NCBI GenBank assembly: GCA_963727455.1
Contig: CAVSGG010000011.1
Span: 1 to 64,000, forward strand
DNA from: Candidatus Krumholzibacteriota bacterium
GTDB taxonomy: Bacteria; Krumholzibacteriota; Krumholzibacteriia; JAJRXK01
DNA: 64,000 nt
Direction of reading: 5' to 3'
In this document: one piece after another, positions 49,471-59,390 of the stretch
Numbering within the stretch: position 1 is the first letter of the stretch
How the letters are laid out: every line of letters begins with the position of its first letter
The notes under the pieces: generated by a model
What the model was told of the DNA's origin: nothing
What the model saw: only the letters and a program-made list of their open reading frames with translations
The model's database searches: none
Translations under genes and position numbers: made by a program

Positions 49471-52400
49471 TCCTTCGGCTCCTTCGAGAGACGATCCGCG
49501 TCCTCTCCTTCGTCGGCGGGAAGCGTGCGCTCCACCCCCGCCAATTGCTTGTAGTACTTGTAGCGCTGCTCGATCTCGCTCTGCGCAATGGCGAAGAGAT
49601 GTTGCGCCCGCTCGGGCTTGCTTCGCACGAGCATGCCGAAGCGCGCCTCCTTCAAGGCGAAATCACGGAAAGGAATCGTCGGCTGCTTGCTGTCGAGCTT
49701 GAAGGGAGTCGATCCCTCGCTGTGCGCCTCGTCCGGATTGTAGTGATAGAGGCTGATGAAGCCACTCTTCACGCCCTCTTTCTGGTGCGACATCGAAGTG
49801 CTCATGTCGATGCCGTGCGCGATACAGTGGCTGTAGGCGATGATCAGCGAAGGCCCGTCGTAGGCTTCCGCCTCCTTCATGACCCTGATGGTGTGGCTCG
49901 GATTGGCTCCGAGGGCCACCTGCGCCACGTAGCAATTGCCGTAAGCCATCGCGATCATGCCGAGGTCCTTCTTGCCCAGGGGCTTGCCGCCTGCGGCGAA
50001 CTTGGCCACCGCGGCGCGCGGCGTGGCCTTGCTCGCTTGACCGCCCGTGTTCGAATAGACCTCGGTGTCGAGCACGAGAATGTTGACGTTGCGACCCGAA
50101 GCGATGACGTGGTCGAGTCCGCCGAAGCCGATGTCGTAAGCCCATCCGTCGCCGCCGACGATCCAGACACTACGGCGCACCAGGGAGTCGGCTACGGCCA
50201 ATAGATCGCGCGCATCGAGGTCGTCCTCGCCCTGCAGCATCTCCTTCAGCTCGGCGACCCGCGCCCTCTGCGCGGCGATTCCCATTTCGGTCTGCTGCTC
50301 GCCCTCGAGCAGACCGCCGGCCAGATCCCCACCCAAGCGCGCGCTCAACTTTTGCACGAGATTGCGCGCAAACGAGGTCTGCGCCTCGACCGCCAATCGC
50401 ATGCCGATCCCGAACTCCGCGTTGTCTTCAAACAGGGAGTTGTTCCAAGCCGGACCGTGACCTGCCGCGTTGGTCGTGTAGGGAGTGGTGGGAAGGTTCC
50501 CGCCATAGATGGACGAGCAGCCGGTGGCGTTGGCAATGATCATGCGGTCACCGAAAAGCTGCGTCGCCAGCTTGATGTAAGGTGTCTCCCCGCAGCCGGC
50601 ACAGGCGCCCGAGAACTCGAAGAGCGGTTCCCCGAGCTGGCTACCCTTGATGCTGTCCAGCTTCACATCCTGCCGGGGTAAAAACTCGATCGAGGAGAAA
50701 TAGTCGAAGTTAGCCCGCTCACGCTCGAGATGTTCGCGCTTGGGCTCCATGTTGATCGCCTTGTGCTTGGCGACCTCCTTGGAATGCGCGGGACATACGT
50801 CGACGCAGACTCCGCAACCAGTACAGTCGTCGGGAGCGACCTGAATGGCCATTTCCAGCCCCGCGTGCTCCTTGGTCTTCCAGGGCATCGACAGAAAGCC
50901 CTCTGGCCGGTCGCCGTCACGCTTCTTCGGATCCCAGGCATTCATGCGGATGGCCGCGTGCGGACACACCAAGGAGCAAAGAGCGCACTGGATGCAGATG
51001 TCGGGATCCCAGATGGGAATTTCCTGCGCGATGCTGCGCTTCTCCCACTTCGTGGTCCCGGTGGGGAAGGTTCCGTCGACCGGCATTGCGCTCACCGGCA
51101 ACAGGTCCCCCTTCCCTTCGATCATGATGCGGGTGACGCGCTGCACGAAATCGGGGGCGATTTCGGGCACTCCCGGGTGCCGCCGGATGGTGGAGTTGAC
51201 CTTGCCCGGCACCTTGACTTCGCTGAGCGCGCCCAGAGACGCATCCACCGCGGCGAAGTTGCGATCGAGTACCGATTGACCGCGCTTGCCGTAGGTCTTG
51301 CGAATGGCCTCCTTGATCTGGGCAATCGCGTCGTCCTTGGGCAGTACGCCGCTGATGGCGAAAAAGCAGGTCTGCATCACGGTGTTGATCCGTGTGCCCA
51401 TGCCCGCTTCCTTGGCCACCTTGTAGCCGTCCACCACGTAGAACTTCAGCTTCTTGTCGATGATGCCCTGCTGCGTCTCCGCCGGAATCTGGTCCCAGAC
51501 TTCTTCGGCGGAGAAGGGACTGTTCAAAAGGAAGGTCGCGCCCTCGCACGCCGTCTCCAGAACGTCCATCTTCTCCAGGAAGTTGAACTGGTGGCAAGCC
51601 ACGAAATTCGCGCGGCGAATGAGATAGGTGCTCTCGATGGGCCGCGGCCCGAAGCGCAAGTGACTGACGGTGGTGCTGCCGGCCTTCTTCGAGTCGTAGA
51701 CGAAGTAGCCCTGAGCGTACATCTCGGTTTCTTCCCCGATGATCTTCACCGAGTTCTTGCTGGCTCCCACCGTGCCGTCGCTACCCAGTCCGTAAAATAC
51801 GGCGCGGGTGACGTCGTCGGGTTCGGTGACGAAATCGTCATCCCAATCGAGGCTGAGGTGCGTCACGTCGTCGACGATGCCCACGGTGAAGCGGCGTCGC
51901 GCGTCTTCCTTCTTCGCCTCGTCCAGGACTCCCTTCACCATGGCGGGAGTGAATTCCTTGCTCGAAAGGCCGAAGCGGCCGCCGATGACCCGCGGTGCCT
52001 CGCCCTGCCACTCCTCGCGCACTGCAGCCAGCACGTCCAGGAAAAGGGGTTCTGCGGGAGCGCCCGGCTCCTTGGTGCGATCCAGCACGGCGAGGGTCTT
52101 CACCGTGTCGGGGAGCGCCTTCACCAGGGCCTTCATGTCGAAGGGTCGGTAGAGCCGCACTTTGAGCAGGCCAACGGGCTCACCCATCTCGTTCAGCTTG
52201 CGGACCGCTTCCTCGGCCGCGCCCACCCCGCTGCCCATGAGCACCACCACGCGCTCGGCCTGGGGCGAACCCACGTAATCGAAGAGCTGGTATTGGCGTC
52301 CGGTCAGCTTTGCGAACTCGTCCATCGTTTCCTGCACGAGTTCGCTGCAGCGATCGTAGAATGGATTGATCGCCTCGCGCGCCTGGAAGAACACATCTGG

Positions 52401-53063
52401 ATTCTGGGCCGATCCCCTGAGCACTGGCGCGGAGGGATTCAACGCGCGCGCGCGGTGCTGATGAATCAGGTCCTCATCGATCATGGCGCGAATCTGCTCG
52501 TCGCTCAGAGTGGTGACCTTGTTCACCTCGTGGGAGGTACGGAATCCATCGAAGAAGTGGAGGAAGGGAATGCGCGTCCTCAGGGTTGCGGCCTGCGCGA
52601 TGAGCGCCAGGTCCTGGACTTCCTGAATTCCGCCCGAAGCCAGAAATGCCCATCCCGTACCCCGCGCCGCCATGACGTCGCTGTGGTCGCCGAAGATCGA
52701 AAGCGCATGCGTGGCGACCGAGCGCGCCGCGATGTGGAACACGGTGGGAGTCAACTCACCGGCGATCTTGAACATGTTGGGGATCATCAAGAGAAGTCCC
52801 TGCGAGGCGGTGAAGGTAGTGGTCAGGGCACCGGCTTGCAGAGATCCGTGGACCGCACCCGCGGCGCCACCTTCACTCTGCATCTCGATGACCTCGGGCA
52901 CCTCGCCCCAGAGATTCTTCCGTCCCGCGGCGGACCACGCATCCGCATGCTCCCCCATGGGAGAAGCGGGCGTGATGGGATAGATAGCGATGACTTCGTT
53001 GGTCTTGTGCGCCACTCTTGCCGCAGCTTCGTTGCCGTCGATCACCGCGAAGCGATCAGCCAT
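49467..53063 (-). CDS. nifJ: Pyruvate:ferredoxin (flavodoxin) oxidoreductase
   Basis: IYPITP, EMQSEGGAAG, GLGSDGTVGA, two 4Fe-4S motifs, ACAGCGETPY and GGDGWAYDIG. GGAGG RBS. Confidence 0.97.
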   Translation of the reverse strand: MADRFAVIDGNEAAARVAHKTNEVIAIYPITPASPMGEHADAWSAAGRKNLWGEVPEVIEMQSEGGAAGAVHGSLQAGALTTTFTASQGLLLMIPNMFKIAGELTPTVFHIAARSVATHALSIFGDHSDVMAARGTGWAFLASGGIQEVQDLALIAQAATLRTRIPFLHFFDGFRTSHEVNKVTTLSDEQIRAMIDEDLIHQHRARALNPSAPVLRGSAQNPDVFFQAREAINPFYDRCSELVQETMDEFAKLTGRQYQLFDYVGSPQAERVVVLMGSGVGAAEEAVRKLNEMGEPVGLLKVRLYRPFDMKALVKALPDTVKTLAVLDRTKEPGAPAEPLFLDVLAAVREEWQGEAPRVIGGRFGLSSKEFTPAMVKGVLDEAKKEDARRRFTVGIVDDVTHLSLDWDDDFVTEPDDVTRAVFYGLGSDGTVGASKNSVKIIGEETEMYAQGYFVYDSKKAGSTTVSHLRFGPRPIESTYLIRRANFVACHQFNFLEKMDVLETACEGATFLLNSPFSAEEVWDQIPAETQQGIIDKKLKFYVVDGYKVAKEAGMGTRINTVMQTCFFAISGVLPKDDAIAQIKEAIRKTYGKRGQSVLDRNFAAVDASLGALSEVKVPGKVNSTIRRHPGVPEIAPDFVQRVTRIMIEGKGDLLPVSAMPVDGTFPTGTTKWEKRSIAQEIPIWDPDICIQCALCSLVCPHAAIRMNAWDPKKRDGDRPEGFLSMPWKTKEHAGLEMAIQVAPDDCTGCGVCVDVCPAHSKEVAKHKAINMEPKREHLERERANFDYFSSIEFLPRQDVKLDSIKGSQLGEPLFEFSGACAGCGETPYIKLATQLFGDRMIIANATGCSSIYGGNLPTTPYTTNAAGHGPAWNNSLFEDNAEFGIGMRLAVEAQTSFARNLVQKLSARLGGDLAGGLLEGEQQTEMGIAAQRARVAELKEMLQGEDDLDARDLLAVADSLVRRSVWIVGGDGWAYDIGFGGLDHVIASGRNVNILVLDTEVYSNTGGQASKATPRAAVAKFAAGGKPLGKKDLGMIAMAYGNCYVAQVALGANPSHTIRVMKEAEAYDGPSLIIAYSHCIAHGIDMSTSMSHQKEGVKSGFISLYHYNPDEAHSEGSTPFKLDSKQPTIPFRDFALKEARFGMLVRSKPERAQHLFAIAQSEIEQRYKYYKQLAGVERTLPADEGEDADRLSKEPKE

Positions 53064-53192
53064 TTCCGAGCCTCCTCCTTGCCCCGGTCTCTTGATTTGA
53101 ACCGGGAATCGGTACCCACAGTGGTGACTGGGCCCAGGGGGGGCAAGGTTTGCCTTCATTCCATTTTTGGCCCTCCGCAACACCTCAAAATG

Positions 53193-53232
53193 CTGACAAA
53201 ATGTCCGAAATGTGGCCTGGACATCTTGTCAG
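53193..53232. promoter_or_regulatory. Inverted pair of putative activator-binding boxes between divergent nifJ and the regulator
   Basis: CTGACAAAATGTCC-N12-GGACATCTTGTCAG, 14-bp arms with one mismatch. Confidence 0.65.
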
Positions 53233-53311
53233 AGTCGGGGGGAAAGGGTAGCTTCTAGCCGACCCAGCCGCGGCCGTGCGACGGGGCCCCTTCAGCCGAG
53301 GAAAGGCCGGG

Positions 53312-54751
53312 ATGAGCCCAAGCGAATCCGTTCCCAATCGCATCGAGAGCACCGAGTCGGTGGGCCGGGGAACCATCCTCGTGTTGGACGACGAAGTGCA
53401 GATGTTGCACTCCCTCGACCGCATGATCCGACGCGAGGGTTACGAGGTGCTCACCGCGCGCGACGGACGCGAAGGGCTGGAGGTTCTGCGCCGCCACGAC
53501 GGCGAAGTCGACGTGGCCCTCTGCGATCTGCGGATGGGAGAGATGGGCGGCATGGAGTTCGTCGAGGCCGCGCGCGCTCTCTACCCGGACCTGGAAACGG
53601 TCATCATGACCGGCTACGGGACCATCGAGGCCGCGGTGGAAGCGATGCGGGCCGGCGCCTACGACTTCCTGCCCAAACCCTTCAAGCGCGTGCAGATCCT
53701 CAAGATCCTCTCCCGCGCCCTGGAACGGCGGGCGCTGGTGGTAGAAAACCGCACCCTGCGCGCGCAGATCGAAAGCCACGGCGGCAAGAGCGTGGTGGGC
53801 AACAGCGAGGGCATGCGCCGCGTGCTCGATCTGGTCAATCAAGTCGCGCGCAGCGAGGCAACGGTCCTCATCCTCGGCGAGAGCGGCACAGGAAAAGAGG
53901 TCATCGCCCGCGCTCTGCACGCGGCCAGCGATCGCGCACGCAATCCCTTCATCAAGGTGAACTGCGCCTCGATTCCCGAAACCCTGCTCGAGGCGGAGCT
54001 CTTCGGCTACGAGCGGGGCGCGTTCACCGGTGCGGTGAAGCGCAAGCCGGGGCGTTTCGAATTGGCCGAGGGCGGCACGCTCTTCCTGGACGAAATTGGC
54101 GACGTCTCCCTGGAGATGCAGGTGAAGCTCTTGCGGGTGCTGCAAGAGCGGGAGTACGAACGCCTGGGAGGAACGGAGACCCTCAAGGCGGACCTGCGCA
54201 TTCTGGCCGCCACCCACCAGGACCTGCACCAGCTCATCCAGAAAGGCCGCTTCCGCGAGGACCTCTATTATCGTCTCGCAGTCATTCCCATCGAGATCCC
54301 CCCGCTCCGAGAGCGGCGCGAGGATATCCCCCTCTTGGTCGCGCACTTCGTGCAACAGCTCAGCGAGAAGAACAAGAGCGCCACTCCCAGCGTGCACCCA
54401 GAAGTCCTGGACCGTCTCAACTCCTACGATTGGCCGGGGAACGTGCGCGAGCTGGAAAACGCCATTGAGCGTGCCGTCGTCCTCTGTAAGGACCGCGTGA
54501 TCCTGCCACAGGATCTGCCGGCCCATATCGCACCTCGACGCTTCGAGGGCAACGTCCTCAAGGTGCCCATGGGCACCCCCATGCGCGAAATCCAAGAACA
54601 GGTGATCGACCAGACCCTGGCCATTACCAATGGCAACAAGGAGAAGGCAGCCAAGATCCTGGGAGTGGCGGCGCGGACCATCTACCGTCACATGAAGGCC
54701 CGCGAGGAAGAGCAGGCCCCGACACCCGAAGACGAGCCCTCGGCCGGCTAG
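53312..54751 (+). CDS. Sigma-54-dependent response regulator (NtrC/AtoC family)
   Basis: REC domain (LDDE, CDLRM), GESGTGKE, GAFTGA, FLDEIG, WPGNVREL and a Fis-type HTH. Confidence 0.95.
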   Translation: MSPSESVPNRIESTESVGRGTILVLDDEVQMLHSLDRMIRREGYEVLTARDGREGLEVLRRHDGEVDVALCDLRMGEMGGMEFVEAARALYPDLETVIMTGYGTIEAAVEAMRAGAYDFLPKPFKRVQILKILSRALERRALVVENRTLRAQIESHGGKSVVGNSEGMRRVLDLVNQVARSEATVLILGESGTGKEVIARALHAASDRARNPFIKVNCASIPETLLEAELFGYERGAFTGAVKRKPGRFELAEGGTLFLDEIGDVSLEMQVKLLRVLQEREYERLGGTETLKADLRILAATHQDLHQLIQKGRFREDLYYRLAVIPIEIPPLRERREDIPLLVAHFVQQLSEKNKSATPSVHPEVLDRLNSYDWPGNVRELENAIERAVVLCKDRVILPQDLPAHIAPRRFEGNVLKVPMGTPMREIQEQVIDQTLAITNGNKEKAAKILGVAARTIYRHMKAREEEQAPTPEDEPSAG

Positions 54752-54795
54752 CGGCGCCCCCCGGCAGAACCTCTGGCGCACGCCCAAGCACCAAT

Positions 54796-54897
54796 CTGAC
54801 AAACTGTCCGGAATGGCCCGCAGCGGCAGCGGATCCTTGGATCTGGATATCCAAGTGACTAGGTTTCCAGCGTCGCGGGGCCCGGACCAAGTGCTGC
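54796..54897 (+). promoter_or_regulatory. Activator-like box plus weak -24/-12 element upstream of the VOR-type operon
   Basis: CTGACAAACTGTCC at 54796-809 and GG-N10-GC (CGGACC-AAGTG-CTGC) at 54883-897. Confidence 0.5.
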
Positions 54898-54970
54898 CGC
54901 CCCGCCCAAAAGATCATTCCCTGTCTGGATTCAGGGATCCCCCATCGATCCAGCCCGAAGGAGCCCCGCC

Positions 54971-55204
54971 ATGAGCACCAAGAGCGTTGAGGATCGAGGC
55001 AAGTGCGAAGTCATTCCCGACCTCTGTAAGGGATGCGGGCTCTGCATTTCCATGTGCCCCGAGACCTGTATCGTTCGTGACGATTCCCTGAATCGTCGGG
55101 GGTACCGCCCCGCCGTTTATGAAGGACATGGCTGTACCGGCTGTGGGATCTGTTTTTCGACCTGTCCCGAGCCCAGTGCCATCATCGTAACTCGCTTCCG
55201 TTAG
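54971..55204 (+). CDS. 2x[4Fe-4S] ferredoxin, delta subunit of a 2-oxoacid oxidoreductase
   Basis: [12 protein letters not shown] and [21 protein letters not shown]. Confidence 0.9.
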   Translation: MSTKSVEDRGKCEVIPDLCKGCGLCISMCPETCIVRDDSLNRRGYRPAVYEGHGCTGCGICFSTCPEPSAIIVTRFR

Positions 55205-55216
55205 GGGGAGGCCAGA

Positions 55217-56392
55217 ATGCCAGTGAACGAAAAGGCCTTCCGCAGCGCCGTGCCCACTTGGGGCTCACCGGAGGAATTGGATCCGCGAGGCCGCAAGACC
55301 AAGACGGTCGAGTCCACCGAGGGCGCGACGGTGCTCATGAAAGGCAACGAAGCCGTAATCCACGGCGCCCTCTTGGCCGGGTGCCGCTGCTTCTTCGGAT
55401 ACCCCATCACCCCAGCCAGTGAAATCGCGCACACTGCGGCCGCGATGTTCCCCTTGGCCGGGGCCACCTTCTTGCAGGCCGAGAGTGAAGTCGCCGCGAT
55501 CCAGATGGTGTACGGCGCCTCCTCCGCCGGAGTGCGCACGATGACTGCTAGCAGCAGTCCGGGCATCAGCCTCAAGCAAGAGGGCATCTCTTACGCCGCG
55601 GGCAGCGAACTCCCCTTGGTGGTGATCGACATCATGCGGGGCGGACCTGGGCTGGGTAACATCGCGCCGGAGCAGGGCGATTACTTCCAGATGGTCAAGG
55701 GCGGTGGTCACGGGTGCTACAAGATGGTGATCCTGGCGCCCAACAGCGCCCAGGAGATGTGCGACCTCACCATGGAAGCCTTCGAGGTCGCCGATCGCTA
55801 TCGCAATCCGACAGTGGTTCTGGCCGACGGTCTCGTTGGGCAAATGAAGGAGCCGGTGCGGCTCTCGCGCGCCGTGCGTGAACTGCCCAACAAGGACGAG
55901 TGGTGCGTGGCGGGCACGGCGGAGACCCGGTCCAATCTCATTTGCTCGATCAAGCTGGTGCCCGAGGTTTTGGAGGAGCACGTTCGTCATCTCGACCGCA
56001 AGTTCCAGCGCATGGAGAAGGCCGAAGTTCGTTGGGAGGAATACCGCACCGAGGACGCCGAACTCATCTACGTCGGGTACGGCGTGGTGAGCCGGATTCT
56101 GCAGGGAGTGGTCGATGAGGCTCGTGAACGCGGCATCAAAGCCGGGCTCCTGCGTCCCATCACTCTGTGGCCCTTCCCCAGCGAAGCGCTGCGCGCGGTT
56201 TGCGCCCAGGCCAAGATCTGTCTGACGGTCGAACTTTCCACCGGACAGATGATCGAGGATGTGCGCCTCGCGGTGAGCGACCTGCTCCCAGTGCATTTCT
56301 ACGGACGAGCAGGAGGCGTGCTCCCTTCGACCGAGGAGCTCTTGGAGGAAACGACGAACCTTTGGACCTCGCGTGTGGGGGTGACAGCATGA
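55217..56392 (+). CDS. vorB: 2-oxoacid:ferredoxin oxidoreductase alpha-type subunit (VorB-like)
   Basis: [32 protein letters not shown] and RGGPGLGNI. Confidence 0.85.
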   Translation: MPVNEKAFRSAVPTWGSPEELDPRGRKTKTVESTEGATVLMKGNEAVIHGALLAGCRCFFGYPITPASEIAHTAAAMFPLAGATFLQAESEVAAIQMVYGASSAGVRTMTASSSPGISLKQEGISYAAGSELPLVVIDIMRGGPGLGNIAPEQGDYFQMVKGGGHGCYKMVILAPNSAQEMCDLTMEAFEVADRYRNPTVVLADGLVGQMKEPVRLSRAVRELPNKDEWCVAGTAETRSNLICSIKLVPEVLEEHVRHLDRKFQRMEKAEVRWEEYRTEDAELIYVGYGVVSRILQGVVDEARERGIKAGLLRPITLWPFPSEALRAVCAQAKICLTVELSTGQMIEDVRLAVSDLLPVHFYGRAGGVLPSTEELLEETTNLWTSRVGVTA

Positions 56393-57828
56393 AGATCATC
56401 GAGAGGCCGCAATCCATTCTGGAGACATTTCCCCGCAAGGGAGGCGCAGAACCCGACGCGACCCACTACTGTCCCGGCTGCGGACATGGAATCGTTCACA
56501 AGCTCCTTGGCGAGTGCATCGACGAGCTTGCGATCAAGGACGACACCGTGCTCATCAGCCCGGTGGGATGCTCCGTTTTCGCCTACTACTATTTCGACAC
56601 GGGCAACGTCCAGGCCGCGCACGGCCGTGCACCGGCGGTGGGAACAGGAATCAAGCGTGCGCGCCCCAAGAGCATCGTCATCTCCTATCAGGGAGACGGT
56701 GATCTGGCTGCAATCGGCGGCAACAACATTCTGCAGGCCGCGAACCGCGGCGAGAACCTGACGGTCATCTTCATCAACAATGCCATTTACGGCATGACCG
56801 GAGGACAGCTCGCTCCGACTTCCATTCTGGGAATGCATACCACGACCACGCCGCGAGGCCGCGAGTTCAGCGACTACGGCAGTCCCATGAAAGTGGCCGA
56901 GCTCTTGGCCAACCTGGACGGCGTGGCATTCTCGGCGCGGCACGCCCTGACCACGCCGGCAAAGATCAACCGCACCAAAAAGGCCATCAAGAAGGCACTT
57001 CAGTACCAAATGGAGAACCGCGGCTTCTCGATCGTAGAGATCCTCAGCCAATGCCCCACCGGCTGGAAGATCGACCCGGTCGATTCACTGAACTGGATCG
57101 AGGAGAACATGGTGCCCGCCTTCCCCTTGGGCACCTACAAGGACACTCCGCACGAGCGCGCCATTCCTCCCGAACCGGCCAATTACGACCCCGATGCGGT
57201 GGAGCGTGTGGTGCTACGGAGCGCGCAGGACTCCAAGAGCGCCGCTCGCCTGACGCAGGCGCCCTGGACCGAGGCGTTCAAGGGGGAAGGAGCCAAGAAG
57301 GACACCATCCGCATGAAGGTAGCCGGATTCGGCGGGCAGGGCGTTCTCATGCTGGGCGAGCTCACCGCCAAGGCGGGCATGCTCGAGGGCGTCAACGTGA
57401 CCTGGCTGCCCAGCTACGGGCCCGAGATGCGCGGGGGCACCGCCAATTGCTCGGTGGTCGCATCGACGCGGGAAATCGGCAATCCCCTGGTGAACGCCTC
57501 CGAGGTGCTGGTGGCCATGAACCGGCCCTCCCTGGAGAAGTTCGAGAAGGATGTTCAACCCGGCGGCGTGATCTTCTACGACAGTAGCCTCATCTCCGCC
57601 GCGCCGACGCGCGATGACGTGGAGATCTACCCCGTGCCGGCCACCGAAATCGCCGACTCCTTGGGGATGGGAAGAGTCGCCAACGTCGTGCTCCTGGGCG
57701 CAATGCACAAAGTGTTGGGCTTCCCGGCGCAGGAGAAGATCCAGGAGACCATCCGGGGCATCAGCAAGAACGAGAACATTCTCTCGATCAATCAGAAGGC
57801 CTTCCAAGCGGGATTGGATTCGGTTTAG
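56389..57828 (+). CDS. 2-oxoacid:ferredoxin oxidoreductase fused beta-gamma subunit (VorA-like)
   Basis: [17 protein letters not shown] and YQGDGD (beta), then AGFGGQG and [10 protein letters not shown] (gamma). Confidence 0.88.
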   Translation: MKIIERPQSILETFPRKGGAEPDATHYCPGCGHGIVHKLLGECIDELAIKDDTVLISPVGCSVFAYYYFDTGNVQAAHGRAPAVGTGIKRARPKSIVISYQGDGDLAAIGGNNILQAANRGENLTVIFINNAIYGMTGGQLAPTSILGMHTTTTPRGREFSDYGSPMKVAELLANLDGVAFSARHALTTPAKINRTKKAIKKALQYQMENRGFSIVEILSQCPTGWKIDPVDSLNWIEENMVPAFPLGTYKDTPHERAIPPEPANYDPDAVERVVLRSAQDSKSAARLTQAPWTEAFKGEGAKKDTIRMKVAGFGGQGVLMLGELTAKAGMLEGVNVTWLPSYGPEMRGGTANCSVVASTREIGNPLVNASEVLVAMNRPSLEKFEKDVQPGGVIFYDSSLISAAPTRDDVEIYPVPATEIADSLGMGRVANVVLLGAMHKVLGFPAQEKIQETIRGISKNENILSINQKAFQAGLDSV

Positions 57829-59333
57829 AAGGGCTCGGATCCCAGTCCGCTCGGCGTTCCCCCGGGCTCTCTCACGGAAGCATCGCCTTCCAAGAGTGCC
57901 GGCAACCACACGGTGAAGCTGACGCCTTTTTCGGGCAAGCTTTTGACCGTGATGCTGCCCCCGTGTTCCTCGACGAGGGTCTTGCAAACCGAAAGCCCGA
58001 GTCCGGTACCGTTGACCTTGGTCGTGAAGAAGGGGTCGAAGAGTTGGGAGAGGTGCGCCGGAGGAATGCCGGGGCCATCGTCTTCCACCACCACCTCGAG
58101 TCCGGTGCGTTCGACCCCGTCGGGGCCGATGGGACAACTCTGTCGAGCGGTCACCCAGACCGTGCCTCCGGACTCCACGGCCTGAAGGGCATTCATGCAG
58201 AGGTTCAGGATGACCTGCTCCAGCTGGTTCGCATCTCCCAGAATGGGGGCGAGTTGAGAATCGATCTTCACCTCGATTTTCGTCCCCTGTTTTTGCGAGG
58301 CGTGATGGATCAGACGCTCGACCCGGGAAAGCACGTTCTTGAGTTCCAGGGGCTCCATCTCGGGCTTTTCGGGGCGAGAAAAGCTGAGCAGCTCCCGAAC
58401 GAGTCCGCCGATCCGGTCGGTCTCGCGCACGATGGTCTCCAGCTCCTGCCGCCGCGCGTCGTCATCTTCCAGATCGAGCATCAGGAATTCAGCGGTGTTG
58501 GAAATGACCCCCAGCGGAGTTCCGATCTCGTGCGCCAGCGCCGCCGCCATGTTGCCCACCGCGGTCATGCGCTCGGTGAACGCCATCTTCTCTTCGGCCA
58601 ACTTTCTCGCGGTGATGTCGCGCACCACGAAACTGTAGCCGTTGGGCCGCCCACTGCCGTCGAAGAGCGGGGTGCGCGAGACATCGATCCACAGCAGGGA
58701 ACCCGCGCGCGTTTCGACTTCGATTTCCCGATTGGCCAGAGCGAGCAGCGGATCGCTCGGAACGAAGACCTCTTCGGCGACGGCCCAGGCATTCTCACTG
58801 AAAAGTCGTTCGATGGGCTCACCCACCGCTTCACTCACGTCCCACCCGAAGATCTTCTCCGCGCCCCGATTCCAAAAACGCACACTGTGAACGCGGTCGA
58901 GGGCGATCACACCGTCGTTCCCGTTGCGGATGGCCGAAAGCAGAAAGCGCTCACGCCAGCTGTCCATCTGACCCAGCTCCTCGCTGGGCAGAGGCAGGAT
59001 CAAGGTGACCAGCATGTCACCGTCATTGCCCAGAGGAGCCACGACCACGCGGAAATAGGAGAGGGTCCCGTCTTCGGCCTGTGCACTGCGCAGCGTCTCG
59101 GCAACCCTTCCCGAGCGAAGCACCAAGGGCGGCAGGCAGTCTTCGCAGCGCCGGTCCTTGGGAACGTAGCCGGTGAAGCAGTGCTTTCCTTGCAGTCCGG
59201 GAAAGTTCTCGATGTGCTCTTTGAAATAGCGATTGCCCCAGAGCAAAGTGAGGCGCTCGTCGAGAATCGTGATTCCGGCGCGCACGGAGTCGAAGAACGG
59301 CAGAGACTCGCGGATGTCTTCCAAGCTGGACAT
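57825..59333 (-). CDS. Cytoplasmic PAS-PAS sensor histidine kinase
   Basis: Two PAS-like domains, H box LAHEIGTPL, N box QVILNLCMNA, DDGPG and FFTTK..GTGLGL. No TM segment. Confidence 0.92.
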   Translation of the reverse strand: MSSLEDIRESLPFFDSVRAGITILDERLTLLWGNRYFKEHIENFPGLQGKHCFTGYVPKDRRCEDCLPPLVLRSGRVAETLRSAQAEDGTLSYFRVVVAPLGNDGDMLVTLILPLPSEELGQMDSWRERFLLSAIRNGNDGVIALDRVHSVRFWNRGAEKIFGWDVSEAVGEPIERLFSENAWAVAEEVFVPSDPLLALANREIEVETRAGSLLWIDVSRTPLFDGSGRPNGYSFVVRDITARKLAEEKMAFTERMTAVGNMAAALAHEIGTPLGVISNTAEFLMLDLEDDDARRQELETIVRETDRIGGLVRELLSFSRPEKPEMEPLELKNVLSRVERLIHHASQKQGTKIEVKIDSQLAPILGDANQLEQVILNLCMNALQAVESGGTVWVTARQSCPIGPDGVERTGLEVVVEDDGPGIPPAHLSQLFDPFFTTKVNGTGLGLSVCKTLVEEHGGSITVKSLPEKGVSFTVWLPALLEGDASVREPGGTPSGLGSEPF

Positions 59334-59390
59334 GGGACATAGCTTCGAGAAAGGAGTGCCTGGCGTCAAGTCGCCCGGCAAAGGGACAGC

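Noticed and set aside
53064-53192. Sigma-54 -24/-12 promoter for nifJ (AGGCAAACCTTGC on the minus strand)
   Set aside because: GG-to-GC spacing is 8 rather than the required 10.
50730-53258. 842 aa plus-strand ORF
   Set aside because: Antisense shadow of nifJ caused by high-GC codon bias, with no recognisable motifs.
53255-54802. 515 aa minus-strand ORF (likewise 57963-59342 + and 37074-38279 -)
   Set aside because: Antisense shadows of well-supported genes.
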